Part shown: positions 20,746-31,552 of the stretch, piece by piece
Numbering within the stretch: the first letter of the stretch is position 1
How the letters are laid out: each line of letters begins with the position of its first letter
Source: an uncultured Gemmatimonadales bacterium
GTDB taxonomy: Bacteria; Gemmatimonadota; Gemmatimonadetes; Longimicrobiales; Gaopeijiaceae
Direction: 5' to 3'
NCBI GenBank assembly: GCA_963823035.1
Contig: CAWGKG010000024.1
Span: 1-64,000, forward strand
DNA: 64,000 nucleotides
Position numbers and translations under genes: made by a program
The notes under the pieces: model-generated
Databases searched by the model: none
What the model was told of the DNA's origin: nothing
What the model saw: only the letters and a program-made list of their open reading frames with translations

Positions 20746-21054
20746 GCCGTGACTTCGAAGCGCGGCAACTCCATGCACCCCTCGCGAAGCTGGTTGGTGA
20801 GGTGGACCGGGGATCACCCGAGGCCACGATCAACATCGACCGGAACGTCCTGAACTCCAACACCGGGATGATCGTACCATGAAGAGGCCCGCAGCGAGTC
20901 TCCCACGGGTCGACGTGGACGCTCGGGTGGCGTTAGCCTTCAGGTTTCGCTCCGGGGTATCTCTCCTTCGTGAGCGGACGCCGGCGGCGATTCCGTGCGC
21001 TGACGCCTCCCGGCAGGCTCTCTTTCCCGGGCCCAGGCCCGGCCGAGGTTTCTG

Positions 21055-22498
21055 ATGGTCAGGAAGAACGGCTCCCCGGCCCAGCCGAGGATCATCCAGG
21101 GAGGGATGGGGGTCGGCGTGTCCGCGTGGACCCTGGCGCGTGCCGTGTCCCGCTGCGGTGAGCTGGGGGTCGTGAGTGGAACGGCCATGGACGCGATCCT
21201 CGTTCGCCGTCTCGGCGACGGCGACAGCGGCGGCCACTACCGGCGGGCCCTCGAGGCCTTCCCCTTCACCGACGTCGCGGAGCGGGTCCTGGCGCGCTTC
21301 TATCGCGCCGAAGGGCGGGAGTCGCCGGAGGCGTACAAGGCCCTCGCCATGCACAGCCGTCAGCTCGACGTGGACCAGCTTCGGACTGATCGTCGCCGCC
21401 AACTTCGCCGAGGTCTGGCTGGCGAAGGAGGGCCACGACGGGCTGGTGGGCGTCAACCTGCTCACCAAGATCCAGATTCCGAACGTGCCGTCGCTGTACG
21501 GCGCGATGCTGGCCGGCGTCGACTACGTGCTCATGGGCGCGGGCATCCCGAAGGACATCCCCGGCTCCCTGGACCGCCTTGCCGTCCACGAAGCCTGCTC
21601 CATCCGGCTGGACGTGGAGGGGGGCGCCGGTGGCGACGACGAGCGGGCGTCCTTCGACCCCTCCCAGCTATGGGAGACGAAGCCCCCGCCGTTGAAGCGA
21701 CCCGCCTTCCTGCCCATCGTGGCGTCGAACTCGCTGGCCACCATGCTGTCGCGCAAGAGCAGCGGCACGATCGAAGGGTTCATCATCGAGGGACCCACCG
21801 CGGGGGGCCACAACGCGCCGCCGCGCGGCCCGCGCCAGTACAACGAGCGCGGCGAGCCGCTGTATGGAGAGCGCGACGTCGTGGACCTTTCGAAGATCGC
21901 CGAGCTCGGGCTTCCCTTCTGGCTGGCGGGCGGCACGGGAAGCCCGGAGCGACTCAGCGCGGCGCTCGAGGCGGGAGCGGCGGGCGTGCAGGTGGGGACG
22001 CTCTTCGCGTACTGCCGCGAGTCGGGCCTCCGTGCGGACTTGAAGGAGCAGGTGCTCGAGATGTCGCGGTCGGCGCCGGTGGACGTGCGGACGGACGATC
22101 GCGCTTCCCCGACGGGATTCCCCTTCAAGGTCGTGGACCTTCCCGAGTCGCTGTCCGGCGACGTCGCCTACAAGGAGCGGGAGCGTGTCTGCGATCTGGG
22201 GTACCTGCGCGTCCCCTATCGTCGGGAAGATGGCCGCATCGGATACCGTTGTGCCTCCGAGCCCGTCGACACCTTCGTGAAGAAGGGCGGAGAGCTGGAA
22301 GACACGGTGGGGCGCAAGTGCGTGTGCAACGCGCTCATGTCCAACATCGGGCTCAGCCAGGTGAGGCCGGACGGACAGGTGGAGCTCCCACTCCTCACCA
22401 GCGGGGACGACCTTCGGCTCCTCGGCACGTTCCTTGGGGACCGGACCTCGTACTCGGCCGCGGAGGTCGTGGCGTACCTCCTGGAAGGCCACACCTGA
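21055..22498 (+). CDS. Nitronate monooxygenase / FabK-like flavoprotein (one frameshift near 21370)
   Basis: IIQGGMG, GVVSGT, MGAGIP, EGPTAGGH, LAGG and GVQVGT motifs; Cys-containing C-terminus. Confidence 0.88.
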
Positions 22499-22502
22499 GG
22501 CG

Positions 22503-24321
22503 TCACTCCACCTGATCGAAGCGCAGGCCGGCGGTCGACTCCCCCTTCCCCGGCCCCTTGGCGCGCCCGATCCAGAGGAACGTGCCGCCCCCGATCCAAC
22601 GTGCGTACTGGAACGCGCGCGTGACACGGATGCCGCTCCGCGGAACCTCCTCCTCGAAGAGGCTCAGATCCGTGCGCTCCGGCTCGAGGATCCTGCCCAG
22701 CGGCCGCGACAGGGCGGGCAGGCCGCCGGACCCGCCGTCCGCGTCTTCGAGCAGGGTGGCCGCACGACGCAGGCGGATGTCGGGAAGATCCGGGTCGATC
22801 CGCACCGGCAGGAAGGGGATCCAGTGGTCGGGCGTGCCGGTGGCCAGGAGGTAGCGCAGCTCCTCGGGAGGCGACGTACCGGGCTCGGAGACGGGCACGC
22901 CGTCCGGCTCGAGCGCCGCGGCGTGACGCGCGCGGTACGCCTCCACCCGGTTCACCGCGTCGCCCGACAGCCCGGGCGCGAGTCGCTCGACCGCCCAGAC
23001 GAGGTTCGCCAGCTCGTCGCGCAGGAAGAGCACCTCCTCGACCGGATCCCCGTGGAGGCCCGCGGCCAGCACGGGCGGCACGAAGAGCACGTCCTGGCCC
23101 CGCGTCCCCGCGGAGGTGGAGAACGCCGCGCCGGCCCGTGGCGTGAGCGAGAAGAGGCGCCAATCGTGCGGGGGTCCGTCGAGGGCGCCGTAGTGGCGCA
23201 CGAGGGTCCGCTCCCCGAAGGCGTCGGTCACCACGAGCGAGCGCGGACGGTAGACGGCCCCCGGCGTCAGCTCCACGGGGAGGAGGTACCAATCGCTGCC
23301 GTAGACCAACGCGAAGTTGACGAGGAGCAGCCTGAGGAGGTCGTCCGGGTCGCCGGCCACCCGCCCGAAGTCGACGGCCGCATCCTCGAACTCCCACCAC
23401 CGGTCCACGGCCATGCCCGGGTAGCGCACCCGGCTCGGCAGCAGCGTACGCGCAACGGCCTCCGGTGCCGGGTCCGTAGCCTCCACGCCCAGGCGCAGCC
23501 CGGTCGCGAGATCGAAGGCGTACCAGTCCAGGGTCCCGCCCGGGTACTCCTCGGCCTCCAGAGCGACCTCACCGTCGCTCCCCGACGCCGACACGGAGAA
23601 CGCGTACTCCATCCGTTCCGGGTTCCACGTCGGTGGCGCCTCGTCGGGCGGCACGCTGTATCGACCCTCCATCCACTTCAGGTACGCCGTCCCGGCGCGC
23701 AGCACCGCAGCCGCGATCGGCCTCCTCGACGGACGGCTCGGCCGGGAGCGACGGATCACCGCCCCCCTCCGGGCGCAGGGTGGCCGCCAGCGCCCGATAG
23801 AGCGCGAACCCGTCCGGCGCCCGTCCGGACATCACCGACAGGTAGGCCCGCCCCGTTCGGTCCTCGTCGCCCGCCGGATCGTCCGCGGGCGCGGCGAGCC
23901 GGTACGCCGGCGTGTCGACGAATCCGGCGCGCGTGGCGCCGCCGGCGCCTTCGCGCTCGAGGAGTCGCAGGAAGTAGATCCCCGCCTCCGCGGCGAGCCT
24001 CAGGTCCCGCCGCGGATCCGCCGTGACCTGTACGCGCTCGCGCTCGACGAGCGCCTCGAGGGGCAGGTCGCCGCGGTAGGGCATCCCCGGCAGTTCCCCG
24101 GCGTCCCCCACGGGGCCGGGATGGTAGCGGGCGAGGGGCGCTCGCTCGAGGCGCAGGCGTGCCTGGACCGGCGTGCCCCCGTCCTCCCCCTGGAACTCGC
24201 CGTTCTGCCACTGGCGGGAGAGCATCCACAGCGGGTCGTGGAGGCGCGCCTGCAGCCCGGTGTCGATGTCCGCCTCCCGGGCGTACGGCTCGAGGCGGGT
24301 CCAGAAGACGATGGATGGCAT
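22503..24321 (-). CDS. Conserved hypothetical protein E (last gene of cluster 1; frameshift near 23720)
   Basis: ORFs 23569-24321 and 22503-23759 join; motifs DPLWMLSRQWQNGEFQGED, LDWYAF, RWWEFED, RDELANLVWAVE and EEEVPR all recur in the paralog at 54576-56315. Confidence 0.85.
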
Positions 24322-24340
24322 GTCCGCTCCGTTGAGGCGT

Positions 24341-27300
24341 CTACTTCCGGGCGCGCCCGAAATCCGTCGAGATCGTGTTCCCCTCCAGGTCCAGGCTCAC
24401 GTACAGGGCCGGGAACAGCCGCTGCAGGAGCACGTCCTCGCCCAGGGCATGAGGGTCCAGGGCTCGCACGTGGGCCAGGTCCAGCGTTTCCTGGAGCGTC
24501 CTCTCGAGCGAGGTCAGCTCCCAGCGCTCCTCGTCCGGCGGCGCGAGCGCGAGCAGGACGGCCTGTGGCGGACGGGCCCCGGGGGCGTCGTACTGGAAGG
24601 ACAGGCCGGTGGTCACCTGCGCGGCCGGGACCACCTCCACCCACTCGTCCACCATGAGACCGGCGAACGGCTCGTCGGCGACGAACGGACCGGGGAGGTG
24701 CGCGACGATCGAGATCTTGCCCGGCGGAATCGCACCGCCAGGCGCGGTGGGCAGGGCGATCCACCGTTCCCCCGCCACGAAGGGCAGCTGGGCGACGCGC
24801 AGTTCCAGCGCGCCCGGCCGGCCCAGCGCCGCGGCGTACGCCAGCGCGCCGTCCAGGCGGGACGCCCCCGCCCGGACGCGGCCGCAGCCCTGGAGCCAGG
24901 ACAGCGCCTGCAACGGGTCCCCGTCCTGCAGGGACTCGCTCGCCCGCAGGGAATCCGCGAGCTCGGCGGCGTTGTCCGGTCGGAGCTGCGGGAGCGCGAG
25001 GAAGGCGCGACCGAACACGATGCGGAGGCGGTCCTGGTCGTGCTCCACACACGCCTCCGGGTCCGCGCCGGACCGGTCGAAGGAGGCTTCGGCCGCATGG
25101 AGCCGCTCCACCCGCTCGGCCGCCGTCTTCTCGACGGACTCCGCCTGCGTGGTCAGGCGCGCCACCTGTTCCCCTCCAGCGCCGCGCGCGGACAGCGGGA
25201 GGGCGTCCTCGAGCCCGAACGCGTACAGGTCGAGCAGGCGCTCGCGCAGCGCCTCGAGCGCTTCCACGACCCCCGCGGCCTCCGCGACCAGGCACGCGGC
25301 GCGCGCGGCGGCGAGCGCGCCCACCCCGTCCTCCAGCGCCTGCGCGCTCCGGTCGGCGCGCGCCCGCATCTCCTCCGTGTCCAGCGCCGAGGGAGGCTCA
25401 CCCTCCCCCTGCAGGAAGTCGCGTCCGCGGAGGGAGCGCGCGGGGAGTACCAGGCGGCGGAACGCCCCGACCACCTCCACCAGCTCGTCGAGGCCGAGGT
25501 GCGTCGCCGGGAGGTCGGTCGGCCGCGCGTGGATCAGGCGCAGGGCGGCGTCCGCGGGCACGTCGTCGTCCGCGGTCCGACGCAGGTGGAGCTCGATGAG
25601 CCGATCCAGCTCGGCCGGCTGGCCCGGGCGGGAGGCCGCCGTGAGGTGGAGCACGTCGAGATGCGAGAGGCCGAGCTCGCCGAGCCCGATCGTGCGCCGT
25701 TCGCCGAGTACGTTGCCCTCGACATCGACGAGCTCCGCCTGGAAGCGAACGTCCTCCAGCCCCCCGACCATCTGCGCGAGCCACGCGTCGACGCGCGGCT
25801 CCGCCGCGGCGCGGTGGGCGCGCGGCAACGCGGGGGGAGGGGGCGTCGGTCCGCTGAAGACGGCCACGAGGCGGTGCGTGACCGCGGCTCCCGAGCGCGG
25901 CGTCTCGCTGAAGGTCAGCTCAGGGGGCGAGATCTCCCCGTGCGCCACCGCGTCCACGCTGGCGGAGGCGCGCGCGGGATTGCCCAGTGCCAGCTGATAC
26001 ACGCCCTCGGCCGTGAGCGCGTCGCCGAGCGCGTCCACCGCGCCGCCCAAAGCGCGGAGCTCTCCTTCCAGCCCCGCGCGCTCGGTCCCGTCGATCGCGG
26101 GGTCCACCCGGTCGAACGGCAGGCTGCCCGCCTCGAACATGCGCGACAGCGCGAGCCCATCCGCCACGCTCGCCGCGACCACCGGCTCGAGCGATTGGAG
26201 GGTGGCCTCGTCGGGGAACTGGAAGCGCTCACGCAGCCGGCCCATCTCCTGATCCAGCGCCGCGCGGGCGGCCTGCACCGCCGCCACGCTCATGACGCTG
26301 GGCGTGAGCGCCTGCGCGTCCCGCAGCCGCTCCTCCGCGAGGTAGGCGCCACCCAGGATGGAGACCCGGCGGAAGCCGTCGATGAAGCGGTCCAGCCGTC
26401 CATCGTGCAGAGCACGCTCGAACCGGTAGCCGAGCAGGTCCCCCAGCCGCTGACCCTCGCGCATCCCGTCCACGAGCCACCGCGCCAGGCGTACGCGCGC
26501 CGAGGAGAGGTCGATCGCGAACGGGCGGCTGTCATTCTCGCCGGGTTGGGTCAGATAGCCGCTGCGCAGCAAAGCCGCGGCGGTGGCTTGACCGAGCGAT
26601 GGGGCGTGGATGAAGCCACCCCGTTCGGGCGCGACGAAGAGGGGTCCGCCCTCCTCCCCCGGCGGCGCGGCCACCACCGGCACGCGCGTCCCCGGCTCGA
26701 GGTCCTCCAGCCAGCCGTAGCCACCCAGGGCGAGTCCGCGGTCCCGCACCTCGCGGAGGTCCCGCAGCCGCCGGGTGGCGAGCGACGTGATCCAGGCATC
26801 GAGGCGGTACGCGAACAGGTCGAGGCAGCCGCACATCTCTCGCGCGAGCGTGTCGATCGGCAGGGTCTCGAGATGCGAGAGGGCGGCGCGCATCTCGTCC
26901 AGCTGCACGGCTTCGGGCTCGTCGGCGGCGGTGAGCGTGTGCAGGGAGGCGCGCAGCTCCGGATCCAGCTCGAGGATTCGCAGGAGCGTGCGGGTGCGGG
27001 CCGGCCGGACGCTCCCCGCGATGTCGACGAGGGCGGGCTCGAGGAAGGGCTGAGCCGACAGGCGGCCCCGACGCGTGAGGATGCGGGCGGCCACCTGCAC
27101 GTACGTGAGCAGGACCGAGTGCCGCAGGAGGAGATAGAGGAGCGTGTCGACGTCCTCGAGCGCGCCGTCGTCCTCGCTTCGCTCGGCCAGGACGTCGTCG
27201 AAGGTGGCCGTGCGCAGGAAGGCGAGGTAGCCCGGGCTCGGCGAAGCGCCGGCGGGCGTTGCGGTCCGTCGGACCAGCGGCGCACCGAGCGACACCGCCG

Positions 27301-28853
27301 TCTCGGTCGGAAGGAGGTCGAACACCCGAGCGTCCCCGACCAGGTCGCCGACCGACAGCTGCCTGAGCCGCCCGCGCAGGAGGTCCGCGTGCCGCGCCAG
27401 GCGAGGGATCGACCCGGTCCGGCGTCACGCCGGCCGGGGCGAAGAACTGGCTGTCGAAGATCAGCCTCGCGTGGTAGCCGGTCGACATCGGCTGCATGCG
27501 CAGGATGTCGACCAGCTGCACGCTACCCTCGCTGCCCGGGCGAAGTCGCGGAGCCCGGTCCCCGGCCGCCTTCCAGGCGGGCAGGAGCCGGAACAGCCCA
27601 CGCACGAACCGGCTCTTCGCCGCGCTCGACACCGCCAGCAGCTCGAGCGACTGCACCGGCAGAAGCCCGTACGGCTGCCTGCCGACGCGCAGGGTGGGCA
27701 GGGGCCCGGTGGGGCGCACGAACTCCACGAAGACGCGCCTCGCCTCCTCGAGGTCCGCCGCCGAGAAGGCCGGCTCGGCACCGGCGGGCTGGGACAGGAT
27801 CTGGTCGAGGTAGTAGCCACCCGTCACGGGCCACAGCGCCGTCAGCATGGCCCGTGCGTCGGGGTCTCCCCTCCGGTCGGCCCCTTCCACCCCGGTGAGC
27901 GTCTTCCAGCGGATGCCCAGGGAGTCGGCCACGTGCGCCCCGTCGGTCTCGCCGTCGAGCCGCGGTGGATCGGCTTCCACCTCGAAGGTGTCGTCGCCGC
28001 GGCTGTCGACGCCCGACGGCGCGGTCGCGTCGTTGTTCGTGGGCGTGCCCGCCGGGACGAAGGCGAGCCCACGCGTGTAGCGGTGGGCGTCGAGCTGCGC
28101 CTCGAGGAGCGCTTCGGCCTTCGCGACGCCCAGGGAATTGCACACCCCGAACACGAGCAGACGGTCGAGCTTCCGGCCGACGGCCTCGGGCGGGAGGACG
28201 ACCCGGATCCCCATCCCCACCCGCTCGGCCTCGGCGAAGTCCACCATCCACAGCATTCCCGCGTCGAGGGCGAGGGCCTCCTCGCCGGCTCCCTCCACGG
28301 CCTCGGAGGCGTCGGAGGGGTCCACGCCCACCGCCAGCTCGTCGGGCACGGGAGCCCCCACCTCGAGGAGCACGCGCTCACCGGCGATGAAGCCGGCCAC
28401 CACCCACCGGTCGGGAAGGAGACGTGCGCGCGCCGGGCGGGTCCACGAGGCCTCCCGGATGGGGATGCCGTCCGGGAAGACCGGGGCCGGCCCGCCCTCG
28501 CCCACCGGCCGCTCACCGAGGTTCGTGGGCGTCAGGCAGCGGGCGATCCACGCCGCGCGCTGACCGCCGTAACGCCCCGCCAGCTCGTCGCGCGCGGCGC
28601 GCTGAACGTCCGGGTCGGCCTCCGCCGGCCAGATCCGTTCCCAGTAGCGCCGACCCCACGCCAGCTCGGCGGCGGTCAGCTCCTCCTCGTGCCCGTCCAC
28701 ATGCAGGTCGTCCGGGTAGACACGCACCAGGAGCTGCTCGCGGTCGTCGCGCACCACGAAGCGCGCCTGGACCTGCACCGGCAGCAGCGCCAGGGGGCGG
28801 CTGGTGAGCGGCAACCTGCCGACGAGATCCTGAGCCTCCGCGAGCGTCTTCAT
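24341..28853 (-). CDS. Conserved hypothetical protein D (~1500 aa; frameshift(s) near 27330-27400)
   Basis: Start MKTLAEAQDL overlaps the stop of C (ATGA); motifs VRVYPDD, GTPTNN, QPYGLLPV, RLDAW, GFIHAPS, LGYRFERALHD and DEWVE are shared with the paralog at 56324-60947. Confidence 0.85.
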
Positions 28854-31552
28854 CGCCGGATCACCCCGCCCCCCGTCGGCGGGCGGAAGATGGGCGGCCG
28901 CGGGGGTGGAGGGGGCGGCGGTGGAGGGGGCGGAGGCGGCGGAGGTTCCGGCGCGTCCACGTGCGGGAGGAGGTGCCGCGCGTGCAGCGCGACGCGGACG
29001 GGACGCTGGCGCAGGATGGCCGCCATGTGCGCGGCGTTCCGCCCCCACGTCGGGCCGGCCGGCGGGGGCGAGAGGAGGTCGGAGAGCTTCAGGTGGTCAC
29101 CGGGCTCCGTCTTCATGTCCGTCCACGCCAGGTCGTTCCACGAGGCGAGCGGCTGCGTCCGTGACTCGTCGAGACCGAAGCGCGGCGTGCTCGGCTGCTC
29201 CTGGATGACGAAGAACCAACCGGGCCCGGCGCTGCCGCCGCGGGCCTCCTCTTCGGAAAGGTCGAAGCCCAGGAAGGTGATGTCCGGCTCGATGCGGCCC
29301 CGGAAGAGGGGGAGCTTCTCCAGCGTGCCGAGGCTGGACCCGGTCTCCGCCTCCAGGGCGTAGATCAAGGCGTCGGGATAGCGCTGCAGCAGCGCGCCCC
29401 GGATGAGGAGCACCAGCTGCTCCCCGCCCGACGCGAAGTTGTCCCCCATGTGACTCGTCGGGCTCCACCCGTGGATGGGCGCGAGCTGCTCGAACGTCGC
29501 GGGCGCGCCCCCCGCGTCCCAGAAGGTGCGGAAGAAGGTCGCCCGCAGGTCGCTCGGGAACTCGCGCCAGAGGAGCTCGGAGGCGAGCTCGTGGTTGAGT
29601 CCCACCATGAACGCCTCGATGAAGCGGGGGTTGCTCTCGAGCAGCGTCACCGTGTCCGCCTCGATGGTCCCCACGCCCGGAAGAAGGAGCTCGGGCGACA
29701 GGTCGCACAGCGTCTCGTACATCGGCTGGGGGAAGCTCGGGCCGCCGATGACGCTCGCCCCCGCGTCCACCGGCGGCGTGACGGGGCCCCGGCCCGACGC
29801 CAGGCGAGCGTAGAACCGCTTCGGCGCCGTCTGCCGTGGATCGAGCTTGCCGATCAGCTCGGCCTTGAACGTCGCGGTGAAGGAGAACGTCGGCGGGGGC
29901 GGTGGTTGCCTGACCCCCGTGAAGCGATCGAAGTACGCCTGCGCCGCGGACACGGCCTGCCGGTAGCGCGCCTGTGCCGGCGTGAGCCGACCGGGAAAGC
30001 GGATCCCCTTCACGAGCACGGGGGTCACGAGCCCGGGCGTCGCGGGGGCGGGATCGATCGCGGGGAGCGCCGTGCCGAGGCGGGTCGCTGCGGCCTGGAG
30101 GGCCGTCGTCGCCGTGAACGCTCCGGCGCGCCGCGACAGGGTGCCGGCGGGGCGAAGCGCTCGGCGGAACGTCACCGAGCTGAACGACGCCGGCAGACCC
30201 TGGCGCGCGAGGCTCGCGTGCAGCGTTTCCGGCGAGGCGCGCAGGCGCGCGTGCGCCGGACCGAGGAACTGCACGAGCTGCCCCGGATCCATCGGCTGCA
30301 CACGCCTGCGCACCACGGAGCCCAGCACCGCCACCGCCACCTCGAGGCGCCGCTCGACGTGCGCCGCGCCGGAAGCGTCCCCGAGCTGATCCCACGCGGC
30401 CGCGACGAGCTGCTCCTGGTTGTCCTGCACCACGCGCGCACCCAGCCCGGCCGGCGTCCGCAGCGACGGATCGAGGTTGAGCTCACGCATCCAGTGGGGC
30501 GTCTCCGAGTCGCCCGGCACCGTGACGCGCGAGCCCTGCCACCGGCCGTAGATGGGCGGGGTCACCACGGCCTCCGTGGCGCTCAGGTCGAGGACTTCGC
30601 GCAGCCTGACGCGGAACGCCTCGTCGATCTCCGTCGGCACGGCGTCCTCGGTGGAGGTCAGCGCCCCTTCGAACACCCTGAGCCCCAGGTCCGCCAGGCC
30701 GTAGGGCTGCCCGTCGACGCGCAGGGGACGCCGCCCCAGCCCGGCCGGCGCCACACGGCCCTGCAGGCGCCGCGCGAGCGTCTCGAAGTCGCCCCCGGAG
30801 CCGGTGGCGAACGTCCAGTGATGGTAGACCGGAAGGCGGACCTCCCGGCCTTCCCCGCTCCACGCGGGCGCGAGCGCCTCGAGGTCCGTCGGCGTCACGT
30901 CGAGCCCGAGACCCGCCTTGCGCCCCGCGTCGAAGGCGGGCACCAGGCAGGCCACGTAGCGCGTGGACGGCTCGAGCCGCCGCGGACAGATCAGGCGAGA
31001 GAGGTTCTGGCTCGGGCGGTCGTCGAGGATGGCCCCGACGTCCTGGCTCTCGTCCGGCTGGATCGCCTGGCCGTGCGCCCAGGCCCAACCCTCGGCCAGG
31101 TCGGGCAGCTCGGCGGTGGAGGCCGTGAGGACGGGGAGCGGCCCTCCGGGGTTGGGCGTGACCCGCGCCTCGTCGCCCTGGTGGACCACCACCAGCGCGA
31201 GCCACGGGCGGAGGCGGCCTTGCGCGCCCGCGGTCGCGGGCGTGAACAGCCAGGGGAAGTCGGGCGGATCGAAGTCGATCGCGGCCAGGAAGTTGGGCTC
31301 GAAGTCCGCGCTGTACGCCGGCGGGTCCGTCCGGATCACCACGCGCCCGTCGACACCGGTCACGTCCCCGGGGCCGACCATCGTCAGCGCGACGTCCACG
31401 GGGGCGTGGTCGTTCACGTCCAGGTGGATCGGGAAGAGCGACAGGGGCTTGCCGTCGGAGCGTGCCAGCACGGCCGCCAGGTCGTCGGGGTTCCGGAAGG
31501 CGTTCGCCGCGCCGCGGCGCACCCACGGAAGGAACTGGTACCGGGCCGTCAT
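28850..31552 (-). CDS. Conserved hypothetical protein C (~900 aa) with C-terminal poly-proline tail
   Basis: Start MTARYQFLPWVRRG overlaps the stop of B (ATGA); motifs PWLFTP, WAWAH, RLICPRRL, LPVY, ELLWREFP and PRFGLD are shared with the paralog at 60978-64000. Confidence 0.88.
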   Translation of the reverse strand: MTARYQFLPWVRRGAANAFRNPDDLAAVLARSDGKPLSLFPIHLDVNDHAPVDVALTMVGPGDVTGVDGRVVIRTDPPAYSADFEPNFLAAIDFDPPDFPWLFTPATAGAQGRLRPWLALVVVHQGDEARVTPNPGGPLPVLTASTAELPDLAEGWAWAHGQAIQPDESQDVGAILDDRPSQNLSRLICPRRLEPSTRYVACLVPAFDAGRKAGLGLDVTPTDLEALAPAWSGEGREVRLPVYHHWTFATGSGGDFETLARRLQGRVAPAGLGRRPLRVDGQPYGLADLGLRVFEGALTSTEDAVPTEIDEAFRVRLREVLDLSATEAVVTPPIYGRWQGSRVTVPGDSETPHWMRELNLDPSLRTPAGLGARVVQDNQEQLVAAAWDQLGDASGAAHVERRLEVAVAVLGSVVRRRVQPMDPGQLVQFLGPAHARLRASPETLHASLARQGLPASFSSVTFRRALRPAGTLSRRAGAFTATTALQAAATRLGTALPAIDPAPATPGLVTPVLVKGIRFPGRLTPAQARYRQAVSAAQAYFDRFTGVRQPPPPPTFSFTATFKAELIGKLDPRQTAPKRFYARLASGRGPVTPPVDAGASVIGGPSFPQPMYETLCDLSPELLLPGVGTIEADTVTLLESNPRFIEAFMVGLNHELASELLWREFPSDLRATFFRTFWDAGGAPATFEQLAPIHGWSPTSHMGDNFASGGEQLVLLIRGALLQRYPDALIYALEAETGSSLGTLEKLPLFRGRIEPDITFLGFDLSEEEARGGSAGPGWFFVIQEQPSTPRFGLDESRTQPLASWNDLAWTDMKTEPGDHLKLSDLLSPPPAGPTWGRNAAHMAAILRQRPVRVALHARHLLPHVDAPEPPPPPPPPPPPPPPPRPPIFRPPTGGGVIRR
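28901..28945 (-). repeat. Low-complexity tract encoding 15 consecutive prolines
   Basis: Mixed CCN codons, including a duplicated GTGGAGGGGGCGG unit on the plus strand. Confidence 0.9.

Noticed and set aside
24173..27898. 1241-aa plus-strand ORF and other long antisense or alternate-frame ORFs (e.g. 3428-6127, 31462-34224, 29450-31654)
   Set aside because: Shadow ORFs of high-GC coding sequence: Arg/Gly/Ala-rich, no motifs, opposite to well-supported genes.
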